A stretch of 63,221 bases of DNA, counting the filler, from Octopus bimaculoides (taxonomy: Eukaryota), in NCBI RefSeq assembly GCF_001194135.2. It is 5 parts of 4 records of this genome, joined end to end, with 100 filler letters (N's around TTAATTAATTAA, not from the genome) between each part and the next. Parts side by side here need not be neighbours in the genome. Positions count along the whole stretch, not along the records: positions 61,326 to 63,221 come from NW_026385809.1; 4 more parts are not named here. One strand, given 5' to 3'. Below the pieces are notes generated by a model, which saw nothing but the letters and a program-made list of their open reading frames with translations, was not told the DNA's origin and made no database searches. The first letter of the stretch is position 1; every line of letters begins with the position of its first letter. Positions 62,065 through 63,221 of this stretch are shown one piece after another. Made by a program: the position numbers and the translations under genes.

Positions 62065-63221
62065 NNNNNNNNNNNNNNNNNNNNNNNNNNNNNNNNNNNN
62101 NNNNNNNNNNNNNNNNNNNNNNNNNNNNNNNNNNNNNNNNNNNNNNNNNNNNNNNNNNNNNNNNNNNNNNNNNNNNNNNNNNNNNNNNNNNNNNNNNNNN
62201 NNNNNNNNNNNNNNNNNNNNNNNNNNNNNNNNNNNNNNNNNNNNNNNNNNNNNNNNNNNNNNNNNNNNNNNNNNNNNNNNNNNNNNNNNNNNNNNNNNNN
62301 NNNNNNNNNNNNNNNNNNNNNNNNNNNNNNNNNNNNNNNNNNNNNNNNNNNNNNNNNNNNNNNNNNNNNNNNNNNNNNNNNNNNNNNNNNNNNNNNNNNN
62401 NNNNNNNNNNNNNNNNNNNNNNNNNNNNNNNNNNNNNNNNNNNNNNNNNNNNNNNNNNNNNNNNNNNNNNNNNNNNNNNNNNNNNNNNNNNNNNNNNNNN
62501 NNNCATACACACACATACGTAGGAGTGTACATTCATCCTAATGCTGACTAGACCTTCCTCTAACTTCTTGTCCAGTGGTATAGGAAAAACTTCCTTGCTA
62601 TTTACTTTACACAGCTATGTCGCATTACTCTTTGCCATTGCTAGGGCTTTTTTTCGGGCAAGGATGCACTATCTTTCACGACGTACCTCGTCCATCTCTT
62701 CTCTTATTCTTATGATTAGCTCGTATCAAGGTATCTTCTTTGATTCACAACAGCAGCTAAAGATAAATCTATTTTGTTGATACTGTCATTAATTAAGATA
62801 CAGATTTTCTTGTTTAAATAAACGTTAAGAGCACAATTAATATACTGTTTCGTTTTGGGTTGAACTGAATAGGTTTGTGCTTAAAATATAAATAAAAAAA
62901 AAACAAGCCAACTCTGTTTTTGTTTCAATATCACATCTCTCTATTTTTTCACTTGTTCAGTCGTTGTTCTGCGGACATGCTGGAGCATCGATTAGGAGAA
63001 TTTTAGTCCGATTCTAGTACTTAGGCTTGATTTCAGCAATGAAACTTAATCTATCGGTATCTTTTGCAGAACCGCTGAGTCATAGGGACGTAAACAAACC
63101 AGCACCGGCTGTGAAGCGATGGATGAGATATGACAAACACATATTCAAAGAAACACGTCAATAGGCACACTTGCACGCACGCATTCACACACATGCGCGT
63201 ACACGAACACACACACACACA

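Overview
Repeat-rich, gap-rich, AT-rich animal genomic DNA. The SINE, LINE and microsatellite content looks like an Octopus-type cephalopod draft assembly (inference from recalled repeat families, not a search). The window is not one locus. Four 100-nt spacers (44 N + TTAATTAATTAA + 44 N) join five separate pieces: 1-10703, 10804-21818, 21919-40908, 41009-61225 and 61326-63221. Host genes supported by reading frame and splice phase: (i) six short exons of an unidentified + strand gene (259-8993); (ii) a single-exon CDS for VMA21 (- strand); (iii) a complete 3-exon core-2/I-branching beta-1,6-GlcNAc transferase (GCNT/GT14, 436 aa, + strand); (iv) the last two exons of an axonemal dynein heavy chain (- strand), whose final exon is absent from the ORF track. 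The rest is tRNA-derived SINEs, Tx1/L1-like, RTE and R4-like LINE relics, a Penelope-like element, mariner derivatives, satellites and microsatellites. The most interesting signal is four minimal hammerhead-ribozyme-like motifs in two nested inverted pairs within about 1.4 kb (37350-38815). Also notable are a TTAGGG-containing double hairpin (19637-19772) and mariner-derived palindromic tandem arrays. All identifications were made by eye and none were confirmed by search or folding software. Repeat boundaries are approximate.
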